Positions 24,208 to 34,700 of a stretch of 64,000 nucleotides of DNA are shown here, piece by piece. How positions within the stretch are numbered: the stretch's first letter is position 1; the number at the start of each line of letters is the position of its first letter. The stretch lies in contig JBHGNT010000004.1 in assembly GCA_043228905.1 (NCBI GenBank), positions 6,324,001 to 6,388,000 of the forward strand, given 5' to 3'. Both the position numbers and the translations under genes were made by a program. The notes beneath the pieces were generated by a model. The model did no database searches and was not told the origin of the DNA. It saw only the letters and a program-made list of their open reading frames with translations. Source of the DNA: Azolla caroliniana. Its lineage: Eukaryota > Plantae > Polypodiophyta.

Positions 24208-27200
24208 ACTTGTACCATAGGTAGGAAATTTTGGTTCTCCGATAGCAGAGGTTGTACTATAGCCGGCATCAGTGGCTGGGAGAAGAAGCGGGTAGAGGAA
24301 CGACTCAGGACATGCCGATGAGGAAATTAGTGGCGCCATGGAGGCGGTCTCTTTCGACGACACCCTCGGGAAAATCAAGAAGGTGATCGAAGAAGGCCTT
24401 AGCGAAGAACGGATGATTCTGGTTAACTCGGTGGGGATGTAGGAAGTCACTACCGACTTCGGGGAAAGGGTCAGGTTGGATTGGACGGCCTGCGTGGATA
24501 CAAGGTACAAGACTGTGGACTGGAATGTGAGACCAGTCGCATCACCCTTGCCGGAGGGCAACAAGGACCGAATAAAAGGGGTCGCATGGGACCCAAGTTT
24601 GCGGAATCCGGCTGGCATAGGACACTGGCTCACTGACATAACACTACAGGAGCTCAAGGTCAGTGGGGGTGGCTTCCTACTACCGGCGGAGGAGGAGAGG
24701 TTTCGGAGAATGCTCGGGAGGCACGGGAAGGCCTTCACGTTCACGCTGGGGGGGATTGGGTGCGTGGACTCGGCGATCGTGGAACCAATGGTGATCTTCA
24801 TGGTACCGCATGTGTTGTGGAATCTCAAGCCAATTCTGGTACCTAGAGCTCACATCCAGGAGTTGGTGAAGCTGCTGAAACAGAAGGTGGAGATGGGCAT
24901 CCTCGAGCCGTCGAGTGCACCATATTCGAACTGGTGGTTTACGGTGCCAAAGAATAACAGCACGTTGCGCTTCATTCAAGACCTGCAACCGGTCAATAAA
25001 GTGACCATTCAAAATGCAAGTATCGGGCCGACCATTGATGAGTTTGTAGAGGCCTTCGCCGGAAGGTCAATCTACTCAGTCGGGGATCTATACTCAGGGT
25101 ACGACCAGTTCCAACTAACCGTGGAGAGTAGGGATATTACGACGATGCGGACTCCTCTCGGCCTAGTGCGGATGTGTACCTTGCCGCAAGGAGTGACCAA
25201 CTCGGTGGCACACATGGTGAACGCTATGAACAAAGTGCTAAGGGACTGCATCCCAGACATCACCATGCCATTTTTGGAAGACATACCGATAAAGGGATGT
25301 CCGGTGGAAGATAAGGATGAGTCGGTTGCACCGGACGGTTGCCAGAGGTTTATCGTGGACCACATCAAAGACTGCGAGAAGGTGCTACAAAGGCTTCAGA
25401 GCGCGCGACTCACCTTCTCCGGAGAGAAGTCAGCTTTAGGGCAGTCGGAGATCCTGGTAGTCGGGCACTTGTGCGGGCCTTATGGCCGGAAACCGTCTCC
25501 GGCGAAGGTGGAGGCCATCTCCGCGATGAAGGACGAATGCGGGTCGGTTACGGAGGTCTGAAGGTTCTTGGGGGCGTGTGTGTTCTATCACATCTGGATT
25601 CCACACTACGCACATGTCGTGGAACCACTCTACGGGCTGTTGAAAAAGGGGCGTAAGTTCGAATGGGCTCGGGGTCTCAGATATGCACGCAAGCAAAGGA
25701 AGCATAGACAAGAATACGAGCAAAAACAAAAAGACACAAGAAATCCGGAAAAACAACGAGACAATCGATTAACTTATAACAAGAAAAATACAATCGGAAT
25801 CGGCAGTTAATAGAGCTTTGAGCTCTTGACACACACACACATAGAATCCGGACTGATGAGCCTCTAGTTGGGAGCACACAGACTTCCTACGCGAGCAGAA
25901 AACCGAAATCCTACAGAGATCAATCCGGCAGTGCTTCCACTTCCCAAAAATGATGGATTCCCTTTAACGGTCTCTCTCCCCTCCTTTTACACATCCAAGG
26001 AGAGGAGAATCAGAGCTACATTAGCCATTTAAGACAACCCATTTTGTCAATGATTCTTTCCCTCGTTTTCCTCCCTACACACGTTTTATTCTCTTTTTTT
26101 GTGGGACCTTAAAGTACCCATCTAAATCATAAAGCCTAGTACATATTATATTTCAATATTTACATTTGTTCTTTACTTATACATAAGCCTCATTTGTGTC
26201 CCTCCTTGCACACCACGTTCACACGCATCTAGCTCCCCTTTCCTCCTATGGCCGGAATCCTCACGACATCCACCCCCACCAAACCCCACATCCTCCGGTA
26301 TGTGCCAAACTAGTGAAGTAGTGGGGATTCTGGGTCGTTCCTTACTTGTCCTCCTCCGATCCGTCGCCAATCGGGTCCTCGTCCGGCTCCTCAACCTCGA
26401 CGCCTTCTTCTTCCACCTCCGGATCCGGTTCCAGCTCGTGTCACTTCTTGAAGGCTTGTTTCTGCTTCCCCACGACCGATATGGCTATCCTCGTTCCGTC
26501 AAGCTCCGCCAGATGGTACGTCGCGTTGTCATTAGAGCTTGTCACCACATAATGCCCAAACCACCTCCTCGCAAACTTCCAAGTCAACCGGTGCATGGTG
26601 TTGAGGATGTTCTCGTAGACCAGCACCTAGTCACTTTCCTCGACCTTTCTCGATCAGAGTTGGTGCATCCGGTTGAATCGTCCTTTGCTCATCAGTCTCG
26701 CTTCCTTGACCCTTTGCTTCGCTCTCTCTATGTCCTCCAGCCTTCATTCGAGTTGACGTGTCCGCGCTGCCAGTAGCTCCTCCCGACTCATCTCGTCCGA
26801 CCAGTCGACCAACACCAATGATGATATCGTTCGCTCTACCGACATGATAGGATTTTTACCGAACATGAGTTCAGCTGGCATGTGCCCAGTTACCGAACCG
26901 TGTAAAGTTTAGTCAACCCACAAAGCATAAGGTAGGAGTCTCGGCCAATTCCCGACCCGTTTGATGCACGCCCTCACAATCGCCTTCATGATCGGCCTGT
27001 GTCCACGTTCGACCTTGTCGTTTGCCTCTGGATTGGTCGCCGTCATAAGGGAAAGCTTGACCCCTAGTTGGTCGAATAGCTCCTCGGCTTGTTGCGTGTC
27101 TAGCTCCCCTTGGTCGGCCACAATCTTCTCGGCACACATATACCGACAGATTACATCTTCAATTATAGGCATGCGGCCGCGGTCGTCTTGTTCGTCAACG

Positions 27201-28889
27201 CTCGGCCCTCCACCTGGTTTGTCAGGTCCTCTATCGCAAGCACCATGAAAAGAATGGCGTGCGGAAGCAATATAGGAAAACCGAACAACAGAAAATGTAG
27301 GTTTAATGGAAAGCTTAGGTTTGCACAGTACGCATGGGAGAGACAGAGAGAGTAACACAAGAACTTAAATTCGAAAATAATACTCAATCTGTACATAGGA
27401 TGTGCTCAGTGAGCACTTTTATACAAGCCCTGACAATGGGCTAACACAAGTACTGACAGTACTACACTGCTCATAAATGAGCCTCGACACTTACTCCCAA
27501 AACTATTCCTTACGAGGAATATCTTTCTAACGGCCTTTCGGTCTACGCACCGATACGGCCTTTCTGCACACCGGTCTTCGTACCGGTTTTGTGCACCCAG
27601 TCTACGCACTGGTTACGCATCGTATTACGCACAAATGTTGAGCTTGTCTCTCAACACTCCCCCTCAAGCTCAACTAGAGGTTCCGCCTGTTCTGCCGGAC
27701 CTACGCTCCGGCTTCTCCTAGCTCCACGCCTCGCTCGCGCTCCTCGGCCTGTTCGACTCCGTGCGCTTCGACCCTTCTGGCCGACTTGTCTGCTCCCACG
27801 GCCCTTCGCAGGTCCCTTGCTGTCGCGGTGTTGGTGCTTCTCCTACTACCTTCTTTTCTGCTTGGCCCTCAATTGATTCAGTGTATCTGAATCAAACATC
27901 CGAACCGACTCGGCTACCTCCGATCGGTTTTCTCTCTCGTCCGAGTTGGCTGTCTCCAACTCGTCTCCGGTCTTCTCGCCTCCCCCATGCCTGGTTGGCT
28001 TTGGCTCTTTCTTTCGGCTGCTCCCCTTGTGTCCGCTTTCGGACTCTTCCGCGGATCCGCTCTCGGCTTCTTCAGCTGATCCAAGGTCTTTTTCGCTCCT
28101 TTCCTGCTCCCTTTCGTGGTCATCTGGGACGTTTCACCCCGTCAAGTTCGGCAGGTCGAAGTACCGCAACCCAAGCGCACCTGAAAATTGCCGCAACTTG
28201 TCCAGACCAAGAGGCTTGGTGAAGATGTCAGCGGTCTGCTGATCCGTCGGAACATATTGAAGTTCGACTTCACAAGAAAGGACACGCTCACAGACAAAAT
28301 GGTAGTGCACCTCAATGTGCTTGGTCCGTGCGTGGAAGACGGGGTTCTTCGCGAGTTGGATGCTGCTGAGGTTGTCGCAGTAGATCGTCGTTGGATCGAC
28401 ACCTCCACCTGCAAATCCTTAAGTAGCCGCTTCAACCATATGGCTTCGCATGTTGTGACAGCCGCTCCTCTATACTCGGTTTCGATGCTCGACGGTGCAA
28501 CTGTCGACTGCTTCTTGCTACTCCACGCTATCGCATGTCCGGACGTGGATCTGCGATCGGCGACATTGCCGGCCCAATCGGCATCAGTGTAGCCGACCAA
28601 CTGCAGGGCTGTATCGGTCTGATATAGCAGTCCGCGGTCCTTAGTGCCGCTCAGTACGCGTTGCGCACACTGAAGGTGCTCCTCGGTAGGGCGTGCCATG
28701 AACTGACTGATCACCCCGACCGGATAACTGAGATCGGGTTGGGTGATGATCAAGTAGATAAGGCTTCCGACAACTTGTTGGAACCTTGTCGGATCGCAAA
28801 CCTTGCCGGAACTGGGGCGAAGCTTGACGGTGTCGTGAAGGATTTGCTTCACGATATAAAAATAAACTTGAATATTGTATTAAGTAACA

Positions 28890-28956
28890 TTTGAGAGACT
28901 TGAACCCGTAACCTCACACACCAAGGATGAAGCATATACCATTAGGATAAGTTATT
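28890..28956 (-). promoter_or_regulatory. tRNA-like A/B-box cassette in H LTR (also 31803-31869)
   Basis: TATCCTAATGGTA...GAGGTTACGGGTTCAAGTC at tRNA-like spacing. Confidence 0.5.
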
Positions 28957-29219
28957 TTCTATAGTTAAATTTTTATCACAATACTTATGACATGTGTATC
29001 TTCATACATTAGAGCTTAGATGAGCATGATGGCTATCATGCATCACATGTAAAGCATGTGCGCCAAATGGCAATCATGCATCACATGCATGCCATGCACC
29101 CCCATATCATCATATGCATGAGAGAACCTATAAAGAGAGGCAAGGAATTAAGGGATGGATCAAGGGGGAAAATAGGGAAATGAATCAAGAGAAAGTGAGA
29201 AAATAATACAATCAAGTAA

Positions 29220-29292
29220 AGAAGACTAGCTCATTGGGTGGAGAACCTCTCGTTTCGAAGTTGAGGTCGTGGGTTCAAATCAAGGGTCGGTA
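29220..29292 (+). promoter_or_regulatory. tRNA-like A/B-box cassette in H LTR (also 32133-32205)
   Basis: TAGCTCATTGGGTGGAG...GAGGTCGTGGGTTCAAATC, about 45 nt from A box to B box. Confidence 0.6.
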
Positions 29293-29376
29293 GAGAATGT
29301 GTTCAGTTTGCGATCAAGGATTGTAAAGTTGGTAAAATATTGTCTTTTTAATATACATCATGTTTATATCAAATAC

Positions 29377-29470
29377 TCTTGCTTCTTGATTCATACTTTG
29401 TCTCAATCTTCCTTATTAAATCATATTTTGTCTCTATCTTGCTTCTTGAATCATATATTGTCTCTATCTT
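29377..29470. repeat. 30-bp tandem repeat, about 3 units, in H LTR
   Basis: TCTTGCTTCTTGAATCATATATTGTCTCTA-like units. Confidence 0.8.
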
Positions 29471-29668
29471 CTATCTATTCTCATCTCTCTCTCACACACA
29501 CATTACTCGTAACTCTTTTTCTTGCTACTCTTAACCGTTCTAACATCACCATACAAGCCTTATTAAAATTTAAGTTCCTTCAACTCCCCTTAACCTTCGT
29601 CCCAGCGACTTCGCCGCACGAACCACAACTACCTCGACGCATTTGGTGAACCCGACGTGAAGGCGCAA

Positions 29669-31705
29669 ATGAGGCTTATGTGTACGATGATGGAACGAGT
29701 GATGCGGGAACAAGGGATGATGGCAAGCATCGACAAAGCCGTCGACAATATTCTCGCACGAGTAGGAATCTTCGAAGGTATAAATTTAACAAGATTTCTG
29801 AAGATTTATAATGAAGAAATGCTTAAATGCGGTGTCGACGAAGCAACAAAAATTAATAGCTTTAGTCGAGTCGCTGCGATTGGGCTACAAGAGAGGATCC
29901 AAGAGCTCCAAAGGGAGAATCAGACATGGACAACGTTCGAAAGAGCATTACTCAATGCATACAACCTCAACGATATGTCAAGGATGACAAGGCGAGCTTT
30001 CATGGATTGGGTAGAGTCTAATAAACATTTAAGTGTTTTGGAAGTATTAAAAGAGTTTTCTGAAAGATTTGAGCAACTAAATGTTAGAGATAGAAATATA
30101 ATAGTGCCAGATAAAGTCATATTGTTTCTACAAGCTACTAATATTAAAGACAGGAAGGACTTGGGAATGCTTTTAGAAGATCAGAATAGTCCAAGTGGAC
30201 TTACCGAAGACTGGGAGGAGGTGAAAAGGACGTGCGCCCATTTCTGCAAAAGAAAGTTATGGTTTATGGAGTTGCCCGACAGAAATGATGAAGAAACGGG
30301 GAATGAGTTGGGAGAAAAGAAAGTAGAAGAATCACTCTTACACGAATTGGTGAAAGGCATGAAAGACTTGTCGATCAAAGTGACGAAGCTAGAATCGGGA
30401 CAAAGCTCGACTTCATCAAGGCAAGGAGGTGGAATGGTGCAAAGGTGTATGTGGTGTGATAGTATCGACCACCAGAAGAAAGATTGTCAAGAGCATAGGG
30501 ATGCTCTTAATCATAATAAAATCTACTATCAAGATGGCAAGATTCACTCGATAGAGACTCGACAACCACTTCAACTTAACTTCGGGCGAGGAGGAATGAA
30601 GAAGCTAATGGAAGATGCCGAGAGAGAAACGACTCAAGCGATACAATCCGTGGCAACCTTAGGATTGCGCGTAGAAGACTCATATGGTGGATCTGGCTTT
30701 TGGCAAGATGTGATGGATTATGCAAGAAAAGGGAAGGTTCGAGTGGATGAATTAAAAAGAGTGGGAGATGAAATACGGAACTTCACTGGATGGAATGATC
30801 CAGTAGACACACTATCAGCATTTGCCCAAGTGAATGTACAAGATGCACTAGTGGAAGAGAAGCGAAAGAGAGCTGAGGAGGCTGATTCGGCAAAGAAATA
30901 TGAGACAGAAAAACAACTTCAGAGAAGAGAGATGGAAAAGGATGCTCTTGAGTCAAAAGAAGCTAATAAAGTCAAACGGAAGACAGACTCAACTTTTAAG
31001 CTTGCTTCGGACACAGAAGCCACGATGGATATAAAACATGTCATGGAAGAAGTTACGAGAGAATGTGCAGCAACAAGTCTCCAAGATTTGGATCATGAAT
31101 CCATCAATATTGCAGGTGTAAAGAAGATAAATGATGTTGGGATTCATGAAGGGGATAGGAGTCATTATACAAAGAACCATTGGGCTCAACCAACAATGGA
31201 GGCGCCTACAAAAATTACGGAGCAACAGATTCCTTGTATTGCTTTGATAGATCATGGATCAGAAATTAACATGATGTCGTCGGAATGTTGTGCTCAAGGA
31301 AGGTGGCCAATCGATAAGAATCATGGGTCGAAGAAAAGAGTTACAACAGAGATGACGGAGGATCAATTCGGAGCATGTCCCAGTGTGAAAGCAACAATGG
31401 GAGATGTGTCGGTGGATGAAAATTACTATGTGCAAGATGGATCAACCTACCCTGTCATCCTTGGTCAACCATACATCAGCGTAGTGAGTATGGAAACAAA
31501 GGATGGTGAACCATACATCAACGTAGTAAGGATGGAAACAACTGTGATTAATGATGATTCAACTTTCGCGAGGATCAAGAGTCAGGATGGAAGGAAGAGG
31601 GGCCATATCTTAACCATGACGCCTAACCATGAAAGAAACAAAGAATGCTTGAGGGGATATCCAGTTCAGAAACGGAATGAAGAGTCTTTCCAAGACTTTG
31701 GATGA
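29669..31705 (+). CDS. Gypsy-type Gag (CCHC knuckle) plus aspartic protease, uninterrupted
   Basis: CMWCDSIDHQKKDC; ALIDHGSEIN; homologous to gag/PR of G; first ATG at 29669. Confidence 0.9.
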   Translation: MRLMCTMMERVMREQGMMASIDKAVDNILARVGIFEGINLTRFLKIYNEEMLKCGVDEATKINSFSRVAAIGLQERIQELQRENQTWTTFERALLNAYNLNDMSRMTRRAFMDWVESNKHLSVLEVLKEFSERFEQLNVRDRNIIVPDKVILFLQATNIKDRKDLGMLLEDQNSPSGLTEDWEEVKRTCAHFCKRKLWFMELPDRNDEETGNELGEKKVEESLLHELVKGMKDLSIKVTKLESGQSSTSSRQGGGMVQRCMWCDSIDHQKKDCQEHRDALNHNKIYYQDGKIHSIETRQPLQLNFGRGGMKKLMEDAERETTQAIQSVATLGLRVEDSYGGSGFWQDVMDYARKGKVRVDELKRVGDEIRNFTGWNDPVDTLSAFAQVNVQDALVEEKRKRAEEADSAKKYETEKQLQRREMEKDALESKEANKVKRKTDSTFKLASDTEATMDIKHVMEEVTRECAATSLQDLDHESINIAGVKKINDVGIHEGDRSHYTKNHWAQPTMEAPTKITEQQIPCIALIDHGSEINMMSSECCAQGRWPIDKNHGSKKRVTTEMTEDQFGACPSVKATMGDVSVDENYYVQDGSTYPVILGQPYISVVSMETKDGEPYINVVRMETTVINDDSTFARIKSQDGRKRGHILTMTPNHERNKECLRGYPVQKRNEESFQDFG

Positions 31706-34700
31706 ACTTTGCACAACTAGTGTGCAAGTTCAGAGGGGGTGGGTGTCGTGAAGGATTTGCTTCACGATATAAAAATAAACTTGAATATTGTATTAAGTAA
31801 CATTTGAGAGACTTGAACCCGTAACCTCACACACCAAGGATGAAGCATATACCATTAGGATAAGTTATTTTCTATAGTTATATTTTTATCACAATACTTA
31901 TGACATGTGTATCTTCATACATTAGAGCTTAGATGAGCATGATGGCTATCATGCATCACATGTAAAGCATGTGCGCCAAATGGCAATCATGCATCACATG
32001 CATGCCATGCACCCCCATATCATCATATGCATGAGAGAACCTATAAAGAGAGGCAAGGAATTAAGGGATGGATCAAGGGGGAAAATAGGGAAATGAATCA
32101 AGAGAAAGTGAGAAAATAATATAATCAAGTAAAGAAGACTAGCTCATTGGGTGGAGAACCTCTCGTTTCGAAGTTGAGGTCGTGGGTTCAAATCAAGGGT
32201 GGGTAGAGAATGTGTTCAGTTTGCGATCAAGGATTGTAAAGTTGGTAAAATATTGTCTTTTTAATATACATCATGTTTATATCAAATACTCTTGCTTCTT
32301 GATTCATACTTTGTCTCAATCTTCCTTATTAAATCATATTTTGTCTCTATCTTGCTTCTTGAATCATATATTGTCTCTATCTTCTATCTATTCTCATCTC
32401 TCTCTCACACACACATTACTCGTAACTCTTCTTCTTGCTACTCTTAACCGTTCTAACATCACCATACAAGCCTTATTAAAATTTAAGTTCCTTCAACTCC
32501 CCTTAACCTTCGTCCCTGCGACTTCGCCGCACGAACCACAACTACCCCGACAACGGTTCTGTCTAGAGGAGTCGAGACGGACTTACAGTCTGCCATCCCG
32601 AATTTGAAGAGCATATTTAGCGCGTAAAGACGTTGGCTGATTAGTATGCCTTCGGGGGTGCGGATCACTTCGATCCCGAGGAAGTAATGAAGGTCCCCCA
32701 AATCCTTCATGTCTAATGATGCCGCAAGCTAGAGCTTCACGCGGTTGATCTCACCTAGGTCGGTGCCAGTGATGACCAAGTCATCAACATAGAGTAAAAT
32801 ACTGACCAACCCTAGTCGACCTTTCTGAATGAACAACGAGGAGTCCGATTTTGACGTCGCAAAGCCCATCCGACGCAGCCGATGCGTGATTTTTGCATTC
32901 CAGGTACGCGGGGCTTGCTTCAATCCGTAAAGGGACTTCTTCAATCGGCATATTGCCACCGTGTTCGGTCTGGAGTGAAATCCGGGGGGTTGTACCATGT
33001 ACACTTGGTCCTCAAGCCCTCCTTGTAGGAATGCATTCTTTACATCCATCTGATGTAGGTGCCACCCCTTGGCCACAGCTACTGCGAGCAAAACACGGAC
33101 GGTCGTCATCTTTGCGACCGGCGCAAACGTCTCATCGTAGTCGATGTCGTGTTTCTACGCGTAGCCTTTTGCCACTAACTGGGCCATGTATTGGTTGACC
33201 GAGCCGTCGGTGTCGTACTTGACCTTGTACACCCACCTACATCCGATCGACTTCACACCCTTCGGTGCATCAACTAGGTCCCAGGTCTCGTTTTCCGCCA
33301 ATGCGTGCATCTCTTCTTCCATCGCGGTGTGCCAATTCCCGTCCTTCGCCGCTTCTGCGTAGCTCCCCAGCTCACGTACTTCCGCTACACGGGTCATGTA
33401 CGCATAGTGATGCGCCATGTACTCGTTGTATCCAAACCGCACAATTGGGTTCTTTTGGCGGGTAGATCGGCGTAATCGGTCATTTGCCGATGTCGAGGTC
33501 TTCTCGACCGACACGGACTTCGTTCCTAAAGGCCCGTCGCCGCTTCCCTCAGAGACGGACTCGCGTCGGTTTGAATTGTTCCTATCCGTGCCGGAATCCG
33601 ACATCTTCCTCTTCCCTTTTTCTTCGCACGTAAGCCGTCTCCTTGGCTTCCTACGCGGGGAATGCACGGCCGAGTCTCCACTACTCGTCGGCTCTTCATC
33701 GGACTAGTCGTACCGACTCAGTCGTCCATTCAGTCCACTTAACCGAAATGAAATCGGACTCTCTTCGAGGGTCCCGATTTCAGGCTCAGCCGGAGGCACC
33801 TCGGCCTCGCTGTCCTCATCATCAGAACTCGGATTGGAGGTGAGATCCGGAGTCGGAGGCAAGTACCAGGACGCGGACTCATTAAACACAACGTCGCGGC
33901 TCACACGCGGTTGTTTGGTACGCGGGTTATAGCACTTATAACCCTTCTCCTCGTCTGAATAGCCGACCAAGATACACTTCTCGGCTTTTTGCATCCAACT
34001 TCCTCCTTTTCTCCTTCAGCACATGTACATACACAATGCTACCGAAAACTTGTAAATGTCGCAAGTTCGATTTTGTTCCAAAGTATAGCTCGTGCGCTGA
34101 CACTTTTTCTCCGATTCGGTTTTGGATGTATACCGCAGTTCTTACCACCTCGGCCCAATAGAACTTGGGCAAGCTCTTCTCCTCCAGCACTACGTGTGCA
34201 GCTTCCACAACCGACCGATTTTTTCTCTCGGCCACGCCGTTTTGCTCTGGCGTGTATCTACAACTGAATTTACGCCGAATTCCCATTTGTTGTAGATAAT
34301 CGTTGAATTGACCGGAAAAGTATTCTTTTCCGCCATCTGACCGCAGGCACTTGATCTTTCTTCCTGTTTCCGTTTCCACGAACCCTTTGAGGTCCCGGAA
34401 ACAGTCGAAGACTTCGCTTTTCCTCTCAATGAGGTAGATCCACGTGTGCCGCGTGTAGTCGTCGATGAAGGAGACAAAATATCGGCTCCCGCCAAGACTA
34501 ACGTTTTGTGCCCGCCCCCACACATCAAAGTGTATCAAGTCTATCTTGTTCCGGCTCCGATTACACTCATTTGGGAAAGGAAGTCGGTGTTGCTTCCCAA
34601 GTTGGCAGGCTTCACAAATTTGTGCCTTCCAGCCACTGAATTTGGGCAATCCAAACACCACTTGTTTCGATTGCAGGTCTTGAAGCCGCTAGTAGTTGAC

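Larger units (their letters stand above)
21901..25670 (+). mobile_element. Element G: degenerate Gypsy of the B family: partial 5' LTR, PBS, gag, PR, RT; truncated after RT
   Basis: LTR end ...ACACGACA at 22072; PBS; CMWCNAVGHNRRDC; IDHGSQIN; RT ORF 24476-25561. Confidence 0.9.
28831..32552 (+). mobile_element. Element H: young non-autonomous LTR element encoding only Gag-protease
   Basis: 809-bp LTRs 28831-29639 and 31744-32552 with about 7 differences seen; tRNA-Trp PBS 29644-29661; PPT 31732-31743; TSD ACGG. Confidence 0.95.

Noticed and set aside
29220-29292. Functional tRNA gene
   Set aside because: Acceptor and T stems pair poorly; only the promoter boxes are recognisable
29269-29649. 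126-aa ORF repeated at 32182
   Set aside because: Lies in the LTR, low complexity, kept open partly by the 30-bp repeat
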